A stretch of DNA of 64,000 nucleotides from Eledone cirrhosa (Eukaryota): assembly GCA_964016885.1 (NCBI GenBank), contig OZ024746.1:66154001-66218000 (forward strand), read 5' to 3'. The position numbers were made by a program, and so were the translations under genes. This document shows, piece after piece, positions 1 to 12,721 of the stretch (positions are counted from its first letter, which is position 1; each line of letters begins with the position of its first letter). Under the pieces are notes generated by a model. That model was not told the DNA's origin. It did no database searches and saw only the letters and a program-made list of their open reading frames with translations.

Positions 1-54
1 TCATTCGGTCCACAATGTTTACCATTGACTGACAAGAGTGAGTTCTGTAATTAT

Positions 55-107
55 GTCTGGCAATATTATTACAACAATATGACCCTCCCTCCCCCAAGTA
101 TAACAAT
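55..107 (+). mobile_element. PLE family A 3' tail fragment
   Basis: TCTGGCAATATT...ATGACCCTCC(CTCC)CCCAAGTATAACAAT running into (TA)n; matches 35884-35928. Confidence 0.65.
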
Positions 108-123
108 ATATATATATATATAT

Positions 124-157
124 ACACACAATAGCAAATCATGTCAATCTTCTTTCT

Positions 158-199
<42 letters not shown>

Positions 200-299
200 A
201 TATATATATTTATATATATATATATATTTAGATATATATTTAGATATATATATATATTGTTATATATATATTTTTATATATATATATTTATATATATAT

Positions 300-381
<82 letters not shown>

Positions 382-408
382 AGAAAGAAGATTGACATGG
401 TTTGTTAT

Positions 409-417
<9 letters not shown>
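124..417. repeat. ~37-bp inverted repeat enclosing a (TA)n tract
   Basis: ACACACAATAGCAAATCATGTCAATCTTCTTTCTTGA (124-160) vs TCAAGAAAGAAGATTGACATGGTTTGTTATTGTGTGT (379-417); third copy at ~1280-1320. Confidence 0.75.
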
Positions 418-498
<81 letters not shown>

Positions 499-510
499 TA
501 ATCAACATAC

Positions 511-1262
511 AAATAGTTTCCCACATCTTACGTTAATTATTTTCCGTTTTGACGTTATATTATGAACACTTATATATTATGAACAACTGTTGGCTTCTAG
601 CTCACATTAATTTCTATATTTTCATTTATATTTATAATCGGAATTTTTCCTAGAGTGCTAAAAATTATTTGTGACTAATCCCGGTCTTTTCTTTTAAAAA
701 AACCGCGATAATATTGCTATTTTGCTGAACTCCTTACATTTTTTAGAGTTTTTTTGGAATGTTTTTGACGGTTGTTTCCTGTAAATAGACATTCCTCTCA
801 TCCTGACGTCACCAGCCATGTCTCTACATGTGTGTTTATTTTCATAATTTCCGCACGAGGTGAACTAGCCTGCTTTTAAATTCCCTTTTTGGTATATCTT
901 GGCAGTGAGATGAGAGTAACCGTGTTTGACCTCTACTGAGGAACGATTCCAACCGTGACCATTCCCACTGAAAAGTTTTGTGAAATAGTCTTTTTAAGAC
1001 TATATAGAGCATTTGTAGTTCTTCCAAATTGAAGGATGAGTATTTAAACTTTATTTTATTCTGTGTTAAGACTCTATTGGTTTTTTTCCCTGGATTTCAC
1101 AAAATCTGTGGATAAAATCTCTGTCTTGATTTTTTTTAATTGAGGTTGAATTATTTTCCCACATCTTACGTTAATTATTTTCCATTCTGACGTTAGAGTC
1201 ACTTATATATTATGAAATACTGTTGGCTTCTAGCTCACATTAATTTCTATATTTTCATTTAT
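511..1262 (+). mobile_element. Non-coding, terminally redundant HHR-containing element (retrozyme-like / non-autonomous PLE) in (TA)n
   Basis: ~110-bp direct repeat TTTCCCACATCTTACGTTAATTATTTTCC...CTATATTTTCATTTAT at 517-629 and 1155-1262 (period ~635 nt); HHR at 931-1009; no recognisable protein; TA tracts on both sides. Confidence 0.7.
931..1009 (+). ncRNA. Type I hammerhead ribozyme with full-length stem III
   Basis: Stem I CUCUA/UAGAG; core CUGAGGA (936-942); stem II ACGA/UUGU; GAAA (982-985); stem III AUAGUCUU-uuu-AAGACUAU; cleavage predicted after AUA at 1004. Confidence 0.8.
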
Positions 1263-1333
1263 GTATATATATATATATATCAAGAAAGAAGAGTGACATG
1301 GTGTTTGTTATTGTGTGTGTTTGTGTGCGTGTG

Positions 1334-1402
<69 letters not shown>

Positions 1403-1406
1403 GAGT

Positions 1407-1438
1407 CCCGGGTACAATCGGGGGTAACCACAGTTAGT
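1407..1438 (+). mobile_element. Possible Helitron-like 3' terminus remnant
   Basis: GC hairpin CCCGG...TCGGG followed by CAGTTAGT (CTAG-like end). Confidence 0.3.
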
Positions 1439-3015
1439 AATTTACTGAATACATTAGTAGAGAGTAAACATCAAGTTGAATGTGGAAATGGTTTCTACGG
1501 GTCTATAGCCATTTCATTCAAATGAAATCATTAGGAAAGCCGGCTTTCGTGGTACTACAATCATATTTATGTTTTCTTGTGGTTTGGGATAGTGGTGGTT
1601 TTGAGGATGGGTCGAGGGCATTCGCCAATATATTTTAAAGAACAAGGACATCATGTATGTATGCACGTATGCATGTGTGCTTCTATTTATGTATCTATCT
1701 ATGCATGTATACATGGATTGATGCATCTTTCATGTTTTCAATTTTCTTCCGAGCAGAGGAACAACTGGTTTGTAATCTACAAACAAATCTTCACTTTTGT
1801 ATTTAAACAACATGCAGACAATAGCATTCGTGTATGTATGTTGTATGCAATGTATCTATTTTAATGTAATCTATTTTTATGGAATTCTTTTATAACTATC
1901 TATATAAATTTGTCTTATATTGACGGTGAATCCATGTCAAAGTTGAGAATAAATTTTCTTAGTTGCCTCTTGTGTGAGAAATATTCCCACCCATTCAATT
2001 TGTGATGTTAGAGTAAACCTCTATAACCTGATTTAGGTAAACATCGAATAAACCAAACAACAATAAATACCTGATAATAACTAGTTTACCAAACCCAGAA
2101 AGGTGAATGACAAAGTCAATCTCATTGGCATTCGAACTCTATGCGAAAAGAGATAGAAAAAGACAGAAATAGATAACAGGTGACATTCAGTTTGTCATCG
2201 AAATATTTCGAAATTCTATAACACTACATAAAAAAATATCAATGATAAATTAGCGAGTTTAGGTTGATCGAATATAAGCATGTCTTATGAATGATATATA
2301 TCCTTACACCTTTTTATAAACCAAATATTAATATCACTCCACATTAAGGCATACATTTATTTGAAGAAACATATTTGAGAAGTATATATCTACTTACACT
2401 TTTTTTTCTAGATTTAATTGACAATATAGCTATATCTGGTGCCTAGGCGATATTATATAATATCACGTATTGATATGGTAACAAAGTTAAATGTAAATTA
2501 AATTATAATCCAGACAAGATCTTGCTGTATTCATTTCGTATATTCTGTTTTCCTTGTGATGTGGTAATAGTTGAAGACAAATGAAAAAGACAACTTTCAA
2601 TGCCGCTTTATATTATGGAATATAATTCGATTTATAATTTGAGGAAATTTTAACTTATCGAGAGATCTATTTACTTATTTACTATTTTATTTTATTTTTT
2701 TCCTTCTGTCAAAGAAGAAATGCTAGCTCATGTGGATTCCTCATCGGATTTTATTTAATTCAAATGGATTTCATAATTTAATGAAAACTACAAGCATAAA
2801 GAATCTATATGTAGACACATTCATATCTATATATGCGTAACACATTTTGATTATCTAATATACACAGACAGGCACACGACATTTTACTGTAATATAGTCA
2901 TCAAATTGCGGGAATGGTAGGACACTTTAAGCTATGTGTGTGTAAGGCTATATGTTACAAATGTGAGCTGCCCCCATAAGGCCTCAAGCTGTCGGCTGCA
3001 ACACGTAAAAGATTA

Positions 3016-3095
<80 letters not shown>

Positions 3096-3170
3096 TTGCG
3101 CGCGCGCGTGTGTGCGTGCGCGTGTGTGCGTGTGTGTGTGTGTGTGCGTGTGTGTGTGTGTGTGTGTGTG

Positions 3171-5000
3171 ACTTGGGCTTACCTAAAGCCAAAGAAGCCC
3201 AAAAACTGATAGGTCCAGGGACATTTTCAGGATAAATTGGGAACCAAGTATGCAGGTATGCATCCAAATTCAGGAAGCTCTCTGCGAAAAATGAGGATGC
3301 TGAGATAAATTGGATATTCTTCAGCTCAACAGTTTCTGTTTTAGCTGTTAATTATGCGGGTAAAAGAGGCTTGGTGTGGCGCTGGATAGCAGGTGGACCC
3401 TTTGGTTCAATCATGATGTATTTAATTGTTAAGAATCAAAGAAAAGTAAATGATCGATAGAAGAAAAAACAGGTATAATGAAAAGGAAATTAAGAGAAAT
3501 ATAAAGCAGTTCAAGTTTCTATTAAATAATTTGTCAAGCCTCTACATAGTGGAGAATTTTGTGCATGTCAGTAGATCCTTAAGAACATATAGCACCCTGT
3601 GTGTTGTTATTTAATATATACCAGTTTTTAAATGTCTACTCCCCAAAATAACCTCCCTATCAGCGTGCTAGTATTTTTACTCTGCAACAAATGATCGCTT
3701 CAAGCTTTATTGACGTGTTTATATACGAACATTCGTTAACAAAATATAATTCAAGTGTATATGGTCGGTAAGAAGCTAACAAATTCTTTGTTTACTAAAC
3801 TCATTCAGATCCTGAAACCTTTTAAGCGTTGACAGATCCGGCTGCGATTATAAAGGATTTAAATCTAATTGTTTATCTCTAGATTCGTCCGAAAATTTTC
3901 TACGAGCCTCGACTTTGTTTTTGCTGACAGATGTGACTGTTGTTTCGGTGTAATTTTCTTGTAGTTTGTATTTTATTTCATGTATACATACGCTTTCTTT
4001 TTATTTTGCGTAATTTCTCCATATTTATCAGTGTTTTTGTGTTTCCATAAGTACTTTTGTATTCCGATTGTTATTTCATAGCTAACTTTTTCGGGCCTCA
4101 GACCACGCCCATCTTGAATAAATGTTAATATATTCTGTTTCTTTTTGCTTGAAAAGATGCCTCCAACATTCTGCCAGTGGTTCAGTATTTTCTGTTCTAA
4201 ACATCTCAACCTACTTAACTTCCAGATTGTTACATCGAAGTTGCAATTTATAAGAAAGCTTGGTAAAGCACGTTTACCTATTACATTATTTGAAAGCAAT
4301 GTCAGAATTTGATGACCACATCTTTTCCAAATGCATTTCAATTACCTTTTCCGACATGATGTGCCATACCCCAGGTTATATCATGTATATCTTCTCTTCC
4401 GATGTGACCCATTGTGTAATTTTCATGTTCATATTTACTTTCTCCGTAGTTCCTCCTATTATTCTTGAATTCCCAATGGTGTTGCTATATCTTCTACGGT
4501 AATTTCATGCATCTAAATAAGTTTTTGAAGTTTTTTTACTTTCTTGAAATAATCCTTCAGCATATTTTGGCTTTTATACTTTAAATGATTTGTTATCGAT
4601 TCCAAGATGTCCTTATATTTATTGTTTAATTTTTGATATTCAGATTTCTTTTCTTTTTGTCTTGGTGTTTACCTTATATCCATATTCTTGAAATATGGAT
4701 ATGTCTTTTGTTTTCTAAATATTGTGACTATATGTTCATTTAAATGTGGCGTTACGGTATTTATTTCTATGTAGGATCATTACAGCTTTACCTCAATAAG
4801 ATGACAGCAACTTAATATGATATAACATCACTCGCTTAATATTTAAGGAATTTGTTGTTATATGCAGAAATTCATACAGGGACTAGTTATATTCTTTTAC
4901 TGATTTGTTTGAAAGGTGTTTACGGTGATTCATAGTTATTGATTTTCTTTTTTAATTATTGCTTTCGACTGACTCGCTTCAGTGCCAATTCTTTTAAATC
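3171..5000 (-). mobile_element. Highly degenerate LINE remnant (possibly RTE clade) ending in (CA)n
   Basis: Minus strand is A-rich and coding-like, with broken peptides (GRGLRPEK; ILGSRHLKTG); putative 3' end ...TAGGTAAGCCCAAGT abuts the (CA)n tract; 5' boundary uncertain. Confidence 0.35.
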
Positions 5001-5666
5001 TGATATGATTTAAATATTTGTTGCTAGGTGTGTATAATTCCATTACTGTGTATATCTTTGTATCATGGTATGGTCTCCATTTCTCCGGGTTCATATTTTG
5101 CATCTCGCAGTTTTTTTTTATTGATTTACAGCACTGCATTGTTTATTTGTCGCGTAAACATTCAGTAATATTATCATTGTGGTTTTGTTCCCCATACTGG
5201 GTGGTTGTCTCTGTTACTATAGTTTCTGTTTGGTGTTCTTATGTGATGTAGAAAACGAGAATTATATCGTGGAGTTTTCGTTTGTATTTGCATGCTGTTT
5301 TCTGTAGTTAGATATTTGCGTCTATTTTCCATGTGTATTTTATATAGTTTGCATTTTTCGATTATTTGTACCATAGTATTTTTATTAATATATTTCCGTA
5401 TGTTTTCTGCTATTTACTGAAAGTTAACACAGTATTCTTTTTGCGTCTATGTTAATTTCCCTTCATCTCTTTTATAATATTTCTGTATGTTGGAGAGAAT
5501 GGTGCGATGTATGATAGAATGCCTAAAAAATAAATACTTAAATATAGCGTTTATTTGTCAAAAGTTTCCTTCTAATATTACTTATATGTTCGACGTTGAC
5601 TTGTCGGCATTAACAACAACAACGACGAAGATTATTATGATGATGATGATGATAATAATAATAATT

Positions 5667-6056
5667 GTTTCTACTTTTGGCACAAGGCCATCAAATTACC
5701 CAGTACATTACTGGTACTTTATTTTATCGACCCCGTAAGGATGAAAGGCAAAGTTAACCTCGGCGGGATGATAATAATAATAATAATAATTGTTTCTACA
5801 TCTGGCACAAGGCCAGTAATTATTCCAGTGCATTACTGGTACTTTATTTTATCGACGCTGTAAGGATGAAAAGCAAAGTTAACCTCGGCTGGATTTGAAC
5901 TCAGAATGGCAAGGGCCGTAACTCTATGCGTCAAAGCATGGCGTCCGACCGAATAATAATAATAATAATTGTTTCTACTTTAGGCACAAGGCCAGCAATT
6001 ACCCAGTGCATTACTGGTACTTTATTTTATCGACCCCGTAAGGATGAAAGGCAAAT
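5667..6056 (-). mobile_element. Three tandem 5'-truncated copies of a tRNA-derived SINE separated by (TAA)n
   Basis: Copies at 5667-5769, 5791-5951 and 5970-6056 share GTTTCTAC..GGCACAAGGCCA..CCAGT.CATTACTGGTACTTTATTTTATCGAC...GTAAGGATGAAA.GCAAA. Confidence 0.9.
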
Positions 6057-6080
6057 AATAATAAAAATAATAATAATAAT

Positions 6081-7155
6081 GCTTTCTTTATTAACCACAA
6101 GGGTTTACATAAAGTAGACATTAAGGAAAGTGCAGGACAATACAGGAGGGTACACATGGGCATTTCTGCGGGTAAAAAACCAAAACAGAGTTTGTAAAAA
6201 AAATAACAATGAAAAATTCCCCAATAGCGGGGGGGGGGGGGGGGAACTTCCAAGGAACATTTGTGGAGAAAGCCCATTAAAAGGCCGCAGTGACGCTGAC
6301 CACCAGGGCAAGTGCCCTCTCCCAGTTTTCCACCTTTAATTTACAGACACATACTCAGAGTAGGCCCAATCACTTGCTTCTCTCACCCATCTGGCAACAA
6401 AATGTTGGGAAGAGAGCACTTCCCTCTTTACCCTGATTTGCCTTTTCAAATGAAATTTGAAAAAGTTAAATAGGGCATCACCGAAAGGTAAGTGTTCGTC
6501 TTCAGCCCTTTCAAACGTGTCCACCATACTATCTCTTTCGCCATAGCCACCAGGCAGATAAAAACTGCCTCCCCTTCCCGCCTAAAGGAAGAGGGCGGGG
6601 TAATCCTCACGATGGACTAAGCTGATAGCCGGATCCGTCCTACACGCGACTACAGGTGTTCGACATAAACCCATAAGTCAGCAATGCTAGAACATTGGAC
6701 GAGTGCGTGCAGGACCGTTTCGTCTCCTTGCGCGCATCTCGGACATGCCCGGCTGACGGCACATTCATGCCTGTAGAGTTTATCCCGAACTGGCAAATCT
6801 CCTCGGTAGCACTGCCAGGCCAGGGATTTATGAAAGTTGTCCATAGGCCCCTGGCCCGAAAGTTCTTCCGAAGAGATTGGCTAGTTGATTTTCGTCGACG
6901 CCTAGAGTTTCCCCAAGTACGTCGTCGCTCTTCCCCTCCACTAAACCTCTATAGAACGCCGAGGTGGAGTTTCCACCGATCACATTGCCAAGGACTGCAG
7001 CTCCGTCAATGAGACGAGCTGGAGAAAGACACGTCTAGCAAACGGCGACCACACCTGATCACCGTCGAGGAAGAGGTGGCGATGTCTAAGCCTGAGCACG
7101 TGTTAGCGCATCATCAGCTACGGCAAGCCCAGCCCTCCACGTAGCGGGTGTTAAC
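6081..7155 (-). mobile_element. L1/Tx1-type non-LTR retrotransposon, 3' fragment
   Basis: GGLGLP motif near 7120-7140; zf-RVT-like LAWQCYRGDLPVRDKL...CPRC...ETVLHALVQC (6650-6844); 3' end CCCTTGTGGTTAATAAAGAAAGC(ATT)n. Confidence 0.85.
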
Positions 7156-7395
7156 TATAAAAAAAAAAATTTCAAATGTTTTGAACGTAACACCCCCTAC
7201 CTCCCTCGTTGCTATGACTACGAGCTTAGCGTAGCTAAAATCAAAAACAGCAGCAGCAGCAACAATAACACCAGTAACCGTTATTACTGGCCTTGAAAAA
7301 AAAAAGGAAAAAAAAAAAGTCAGACATTCAAACATTACAATGTAAATTATGTTAATTTTTACATGCTTTTATTTATTTATTTGTTTATTTATTTA

Positions 7396-10300
7396 TGTTC
7401 GTCTACAGCGTGATGGTGCCACGTTAAAACCACCGGGTGTGATGAAACCATACATTCACCAATCCTTGATATGAGTGTTTAAATGTCGAGCCTAAACAGT
7501 TCGAATAACGCTGAAAAGGGAACGGGAACGTCATGTGAAATACTCTCACCCAGCAAGTGCTCCCTGGCCCAGCAGCAGGGACCTGGCTGTCATCCAAACA
7601 CTGCTGGTGTTGGAGAAAGAAGAAGGAAAGGGAGAAGTACCAACTGGACAAAAGAATTGAATAGAACTGTCATGAAATGTTACTTAAAGAGCAACCCCAT
7701 GGGAAAAGGCTATAGGAAACGGATGCATAACATCTGGAACGAGATTAGTCTATTTAAATTAGCTGAACAAAAATTGGCCGGGCAGGCTCGGGTAATAAGA
7801 ACTAATGGATGGATAAGCGATTTGGAACTGGAGGAACTGAGCAGAGAGATTAAGTTGGAAATGGAGAGTGGAGTATGGCAGGCAAACGAGCCAGTGGGAA
7901 ATGAAGGTGAAGAGGTTGAGAGACCCGGGGAAGTATCATCTGAGTGCTGAAATAAATAACATCTGGAACAAAGATACGGCCATTGAGGAAATGAATGCTG
8001 ACGAGCTAGGACAAGATTTAGTTGATATCCTGAACTTAGTGGTAGAAGAAATGACAATGATAGTGGAGAACATATGAAACTAAGATTTGTAGACAGGAAA
8101 AAGTTAAAAGAAATAACAACTAAGGTAAACAAAGTCCTCCCATACCTTGAGGCGAGGAACCTTCTCCAATGCAACAATATCCTCAAAGCAACCGTAAATG
8201 CGGCATAAAAACGAGAGGAAGCTACAAACAAGAAATATCAGAACCTTGGTGGAAGAAACGACTGAATGGTCAAATCAAGGAAATGAGAAAAGACATTGGA
8301 AACTTGAGTCCTTACTGAATGGGACATTACAAAACAGACACTAAAGATAGATTGGAAATAAAGTACAAAACTAGGGTGAAAAAGCTAAATATTATCATAG
8401 AGGATCTGAAGCAACGCATTGTAGCAAAAAGTGCAAAGATTAGGCGGTATGAGAACAGAGTTAGTCAGTATAGACAGAACAGCATGTTTGACAACAACCA
8501 GAAGATGTTGTTTGGACAGCTTGAAGAGAAAGAAAGAGGCATTGATTTGATCCCTAAGGCGGAAGAGACTAAGACATTCTGGAAAGAAATATGGGAGCAG
8601 AATGTTGAACATAATGGTCAGGCACTGTGGATTGAGACAGCTGTTGAAAGGAGATTAGTAAACAAGCAGACCAACAACCTGATTTGAGTATCACAGTTGA
8701 AACTCTTAAAGGGCAGGCCAAAAAACTAACCAACTGGAAATCACCAGGCCCAGATGCTGTGCAAGGGTATTGGATTAAACATATAACATCCCTCCACCCG
8801 AAACTGACAACCATGTTCAATGACTGCTTGATGTCGGGTGAAGTACCAGAGTGGTTGAAAAAAGGTTCCATAGTTCTGGTAATGAAAGACAGAATCAAGG
8901 GTAATGGTGTTACCAAATATAGGCCTATCACATGCCTGTCCGTAATGTGGAAACCGTTAACAAACATTGTGTCTGAGGAAATCTACCATCACCTCCACAT
9001 AAACCACTTGTTACCGGACGAAATGAAAGGATGCCGAAAGAAGTCGCGTGGTACAAAAGACCTGTTACTTATTGATAAGATGGTAATGAGGAATTGGAAG
9101 AGGATACACACTGGTCTTGCCATGGGATGGATAGATTACAATAAAGGCATTTGACATGGTACCTCATTCTTGGATAACCAAAAGCCTAGACATCTTCAAG
9201 GTGGCAGATAACATCAGACAGTTGTTGAGCAAAAGTATGAAGTCCTGGGAAATAGAGTTAACATCGATTGAAGAATCCTTGGGAGGCGTGAAGATCAAGA
9301 GAGGAATCTTCCATGGAGATAATCTGTCCCTTCTGCTGTTTGTCCTTGCCCTGATACCCCTGTCCGTTACATTGCGAAGAGTTAGAGCAGGATACAAGTT
9401 GAGAGCTTTTCATCAACCACCTCCTCTTCACGGACGATCTCTAAGCTCTTTGGGAAAAGGGATAAGTATTTGGATGTACTTGTTGAGACTGTCCCTATTT
9501 TCAGCAATGATATATGTATGGAATTTGGTATTAATAAGTGTGGAGCCCTAGTGATGAAGGGTGGTAAATTGAGCAGAAGTAACGGAATCCAGGTAGCAAC
9601 AGGTGAGATGATAAAGGAAATTGACACTGAAGAGGGATACAAATATCTAGGTGTTCTGGAAACAGATGACATCAAGAACAAAAAAATGAAGGAATTGATA
9701 AGATCTGAATACATAAGGAGAGTAAGGAACATATTAAAGTCACATCTGAACAGTAGGAATGCCATAAGTGCAGTAAATTCCTGAGCTGTGTCTATTATTA
9801 TGGACAGTGCGGGAATTCTGAGATGGAATGTTGTTAAACAAATAAGAAATGGATAGGAAGACATTGTAATGAAGGATAAGACACTAGACCAGGGGATGCC
9901 CAAGAAGGAAATAACAGCAAGGACGAAGAGCAACCTTCATGAAAAATCCCTTCATAGCACTTAAAACGGAATTTAGAGATCCACGGACATGGAACTCCTT
10001 AAAAATAGGAGACCTTTACAAAGCGACAGAAGGAATGCTAATGGCTGCGCAAGAGCAAGCCCTCAGAACGAAGTGGGTGAAACACCATATTGACAAGAAG
10101 GAAGCTAGCTTACTGTGTAGGATCTGTGGAGAGATAGAGGAGACTGTGGCTCACATTGTATCCGAGTGTAAACATCTAGCCCAGACTCACTATATAGTCT
10201 GGAGACATGATGTGATAGGCAGGGTGCTCCAATGCAAAGTAAACAATTTACCACCTTCTGAACAGTGGTATGAGCATAAGCCAGAGTCGGTGAAAGAAAA

Positions 10301-10733
10301 TGATCAGGTGAAGGTGTTATGGGATTTTAGATACAGACGGACAAGAAATTAGAACACAATAGGCTTGATCTTATGGTTTTGGACAAGGAAAGAAGATCGT
10401 GCCTGATTGTAGATGTAGCCTGCCCATTTGACACGAGAGTGGAAGAAAAGGAGAGGGAGAAAATTAACCGATACCAGGATTTAAAGTGGGAGGTAAAAAG
10501 GATTTGGCACTGCCATAGAATCAAGGTCGTAGGCGCACTACGTACTATCTCAAAGAGTTTCCAATGATGGTTAAAGAAGATTAGTCTAGCTCCGCTTTTT
10601 GGAACACTTCAAAAGGCATGCTTGCTGAATCCTCCGATACGTCCTGAATGTCTGAGGCTGCAAGTAGCGGCTTGATATTCATTTCAACAAACTTTCCAGT
10701 TAAATAACGTCAATGACTGAGACCTAAAGAACA
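7396..10733 (+). mobile_element. Near full-length R4/Dong-clade non-LTR retrotransposon (RT + CCHC + RLE endonuclease), ORF disrupted
   Basis: N-terminal WTKELN..VMKCY..GYRKRMHNIW; RT WKSPGPD, YRPITCL, GWIDY, RGIFHGDNLS, YKYLG; CRICG..ETVAHIVSEC; RHD; LIVDVACPFD..EKINRYQDL; ends in (AAT)n; stops, frameshifts and an internal deletion near 9862 relative to the 13.6-kb copy. Confidence 0.92.
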
Positions 10734-10745
10734 ATAATAATAATG

Positions 10746-10930
10746 GTTTCTACTTTAGGCACAAGGCCAGCAACTACCCAGTGCATTACTGGTACTTTAT
10801 TTTATCGACCCCCGTAAGGATGAAAGGCAAAGTCAACCTCGGCGGGATTTGAACTCAGATCGTAAAGGGACGTAACTATGCTGGAAAGCATGGCGTCCGA
10901 CCCTCTACCGATACTGCCAATCCACCGCCT
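10746..10930 (-). mobile_element. Full-length tRNA-derived SINE with 23-bp TSD
   Basis: Minus strand has A-box-like TGGCAGTATCGG and B-box GAGTTCAAATCC; CCTAAAGAACAATAATAATAATG at 10723-10745 and 10928-10950. Confidence 0.92.
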
Positions 10931-10971
10931 AAAGAACAATAATAATAATGATTATTATTACTACTATTATT

Positions 10972-12420
10972 ACAGTTGCATCTTGCTTTATGTTCACACG
11001 AGTAATCACCAAGTCACAACCAGTGACCAAAAGAGACAACTATGTCAGCCATTTTCAAGAAAGAACATACATACACACACATGCATCTTAAGGTGTTTAG
11101 ACTTGTGATGTACTTATATGTATACTTAGTATATGGGCAGTTCCCATTAGTACTATCTTTTGTATTTCTTCTATACGTGGGTTTCCTGGGATTTGCGATA
11201 AGTAATCATTAGACCCCTTAGGTATCATTCCTAGAGCGCCTTCAACCACTGGTTTTGTTTTACATCTCAATTTCCACAATTTTTCAATTTCTATCTTCAG
11301 GTCCTTATGCTTGCTCAATTTTTCAAATGTTTTTATAGATACATTCTTGTCTATTGGAACGGACATATTAATTATCATGCATACACTTTTTTAAAGTCCT
11401 TCAGTATTATATCAGGTCTATATGCATCTATTTTTCGGAATGTTTGGATGCTAAAGTTCCACAAGATTGAGATGTAATCTTTTTCAAGTACGGGAGGTGG
11501 CTGATGCTCTCACCAATTCTTTTGATGGGGCAGGTCAAATTGCTTACCCACTATCCAATGCATGTATCGTGTAGCTCTGTCGTGCCTGTTTAGGTATTTG
11601 GTTGGAGCTATAGGACTGCACATTGAAATTATATGATCAATGGTCTCTGGTTGTTTTTTACATGCACGGCATAATGGGTTGCATCCATTTTTTATTAGGC
11701 TGGCTTGGTCATTTTTAGTTGGCAGACACTGATCTTGTGCTGATATAATCAGTCATTCAGTCTCCGATTTCATTCCAGAGGATGCCAACCACTGTTAGCT
11801 CTTTCTGGGTATTTTCCATACAGAGGCTTTTCTTGCCACTTATTAGCCAGTTTCTGTAGCAGTTCTTTCTTTGCAGTTATTTTTATCTGCTTTGCTTTTT
11901 CTGTGTTTTTCCTTTCAGCAGTAAATGGAACTTTTGAAATGTGTAGTCCATTACTGTATCTTCGTGCATCTTTTGTAATGGAGTATGGTCTTTTGATTCT
12001 TTCGTGTTTCAAAACGAATTTGATCATCCAGCATGTGATTCCCTTAGATATGTAGATAATCCAATTGTTGCAGTTTTCAACGCAATATCTAACTGCATTA
12101 ACCCATGTCCTCCTTCTTTCCTAGGGAGATATATTCTATCTGTATCTGCCTTAGGGTGATGCATTCTGTGCATGGTTAAGAATTTTCTAATTTTTTTATA
12201 GAGCCTACGGATCTCTGTGCTTGACCAGTTGGTGACAGTGTAACTGTAGGTTACTACTTGTATGGCAAGCGTGTTAATGGCATCGATCATGTTCCTTGCA
12301 TTCAATTCCATTCTTAAGATTGCTCTCACTCTGCGGTAACATTCCTTCCTTATCCTTTCCCTCATTGTCGAGTGCTTGATTCCGACTTCTTCATAAACAC
12401 CTAGATATTTGTAAATATTA
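10972..12420 (-). mobile_element. Second, divergent R4/Dong-type family, 5'-truncated
   Basis: YKYLG; KECYRRVRAIL..LNARNMIDAINT; HPKADTDRIYLPRKEGGHGL; RLE C-terminus INMSVPIDKN..EKLSKHKDLKIEIEKLW..GALG; 3' end in (TAA)n, tail-to-tail with the 7.4-10.7-kb copy. Confidence 0.88.
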
Positions 12421-12436
12421 TTATTATTATTATCTT

Positions 12437-12705
12437 GAGGAGAGGGGTGCTCTCCCTGGGTGCCCTAGAAGCGCAGGGTGGTTCAGGATTGGTGGGATAC
12501 TCGAGTCACCCCAGGGTCGTCCACCCCCTATCGGTGAATTTATTTTCTTATATTTATGCATAGTTTATTTTATATATTTATATCTTCATTGTTAAATTAG
12601 TCTTGCCATTGTGCACTTTTACTCGAACTTATTATAAACCCTCACTGTCCCTGTTTTTGTATTGTCAACTACATGTCGGCCCTTGTGGCTAATAAATGAA
12701 ATCAT
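12437..12705 (+). mobile_element. 3' UTR fragment of an L1/Tx1-type element
   Basis: Ends CCCTTGTGGCTAATAAATGAAATC(ATT)n, matching the 3' end of the 6.1-kb element; (TTA)n on both sides. Confidence 0.7.
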
Positions 12706-12721
12706 TATTATTATTATTATC

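Noticed and set aside
5667-6056. Regularly spaced repeats resembling a CRISPR array
   Set aside because: Truncated SINE copies of unequal length with (TAA)n linkers; eukaryotic context and no cas genes
10840-10930. tRNA gene (A/B boxes)
   Set aside because: SINE head with body and TSD; no full cloverleaf
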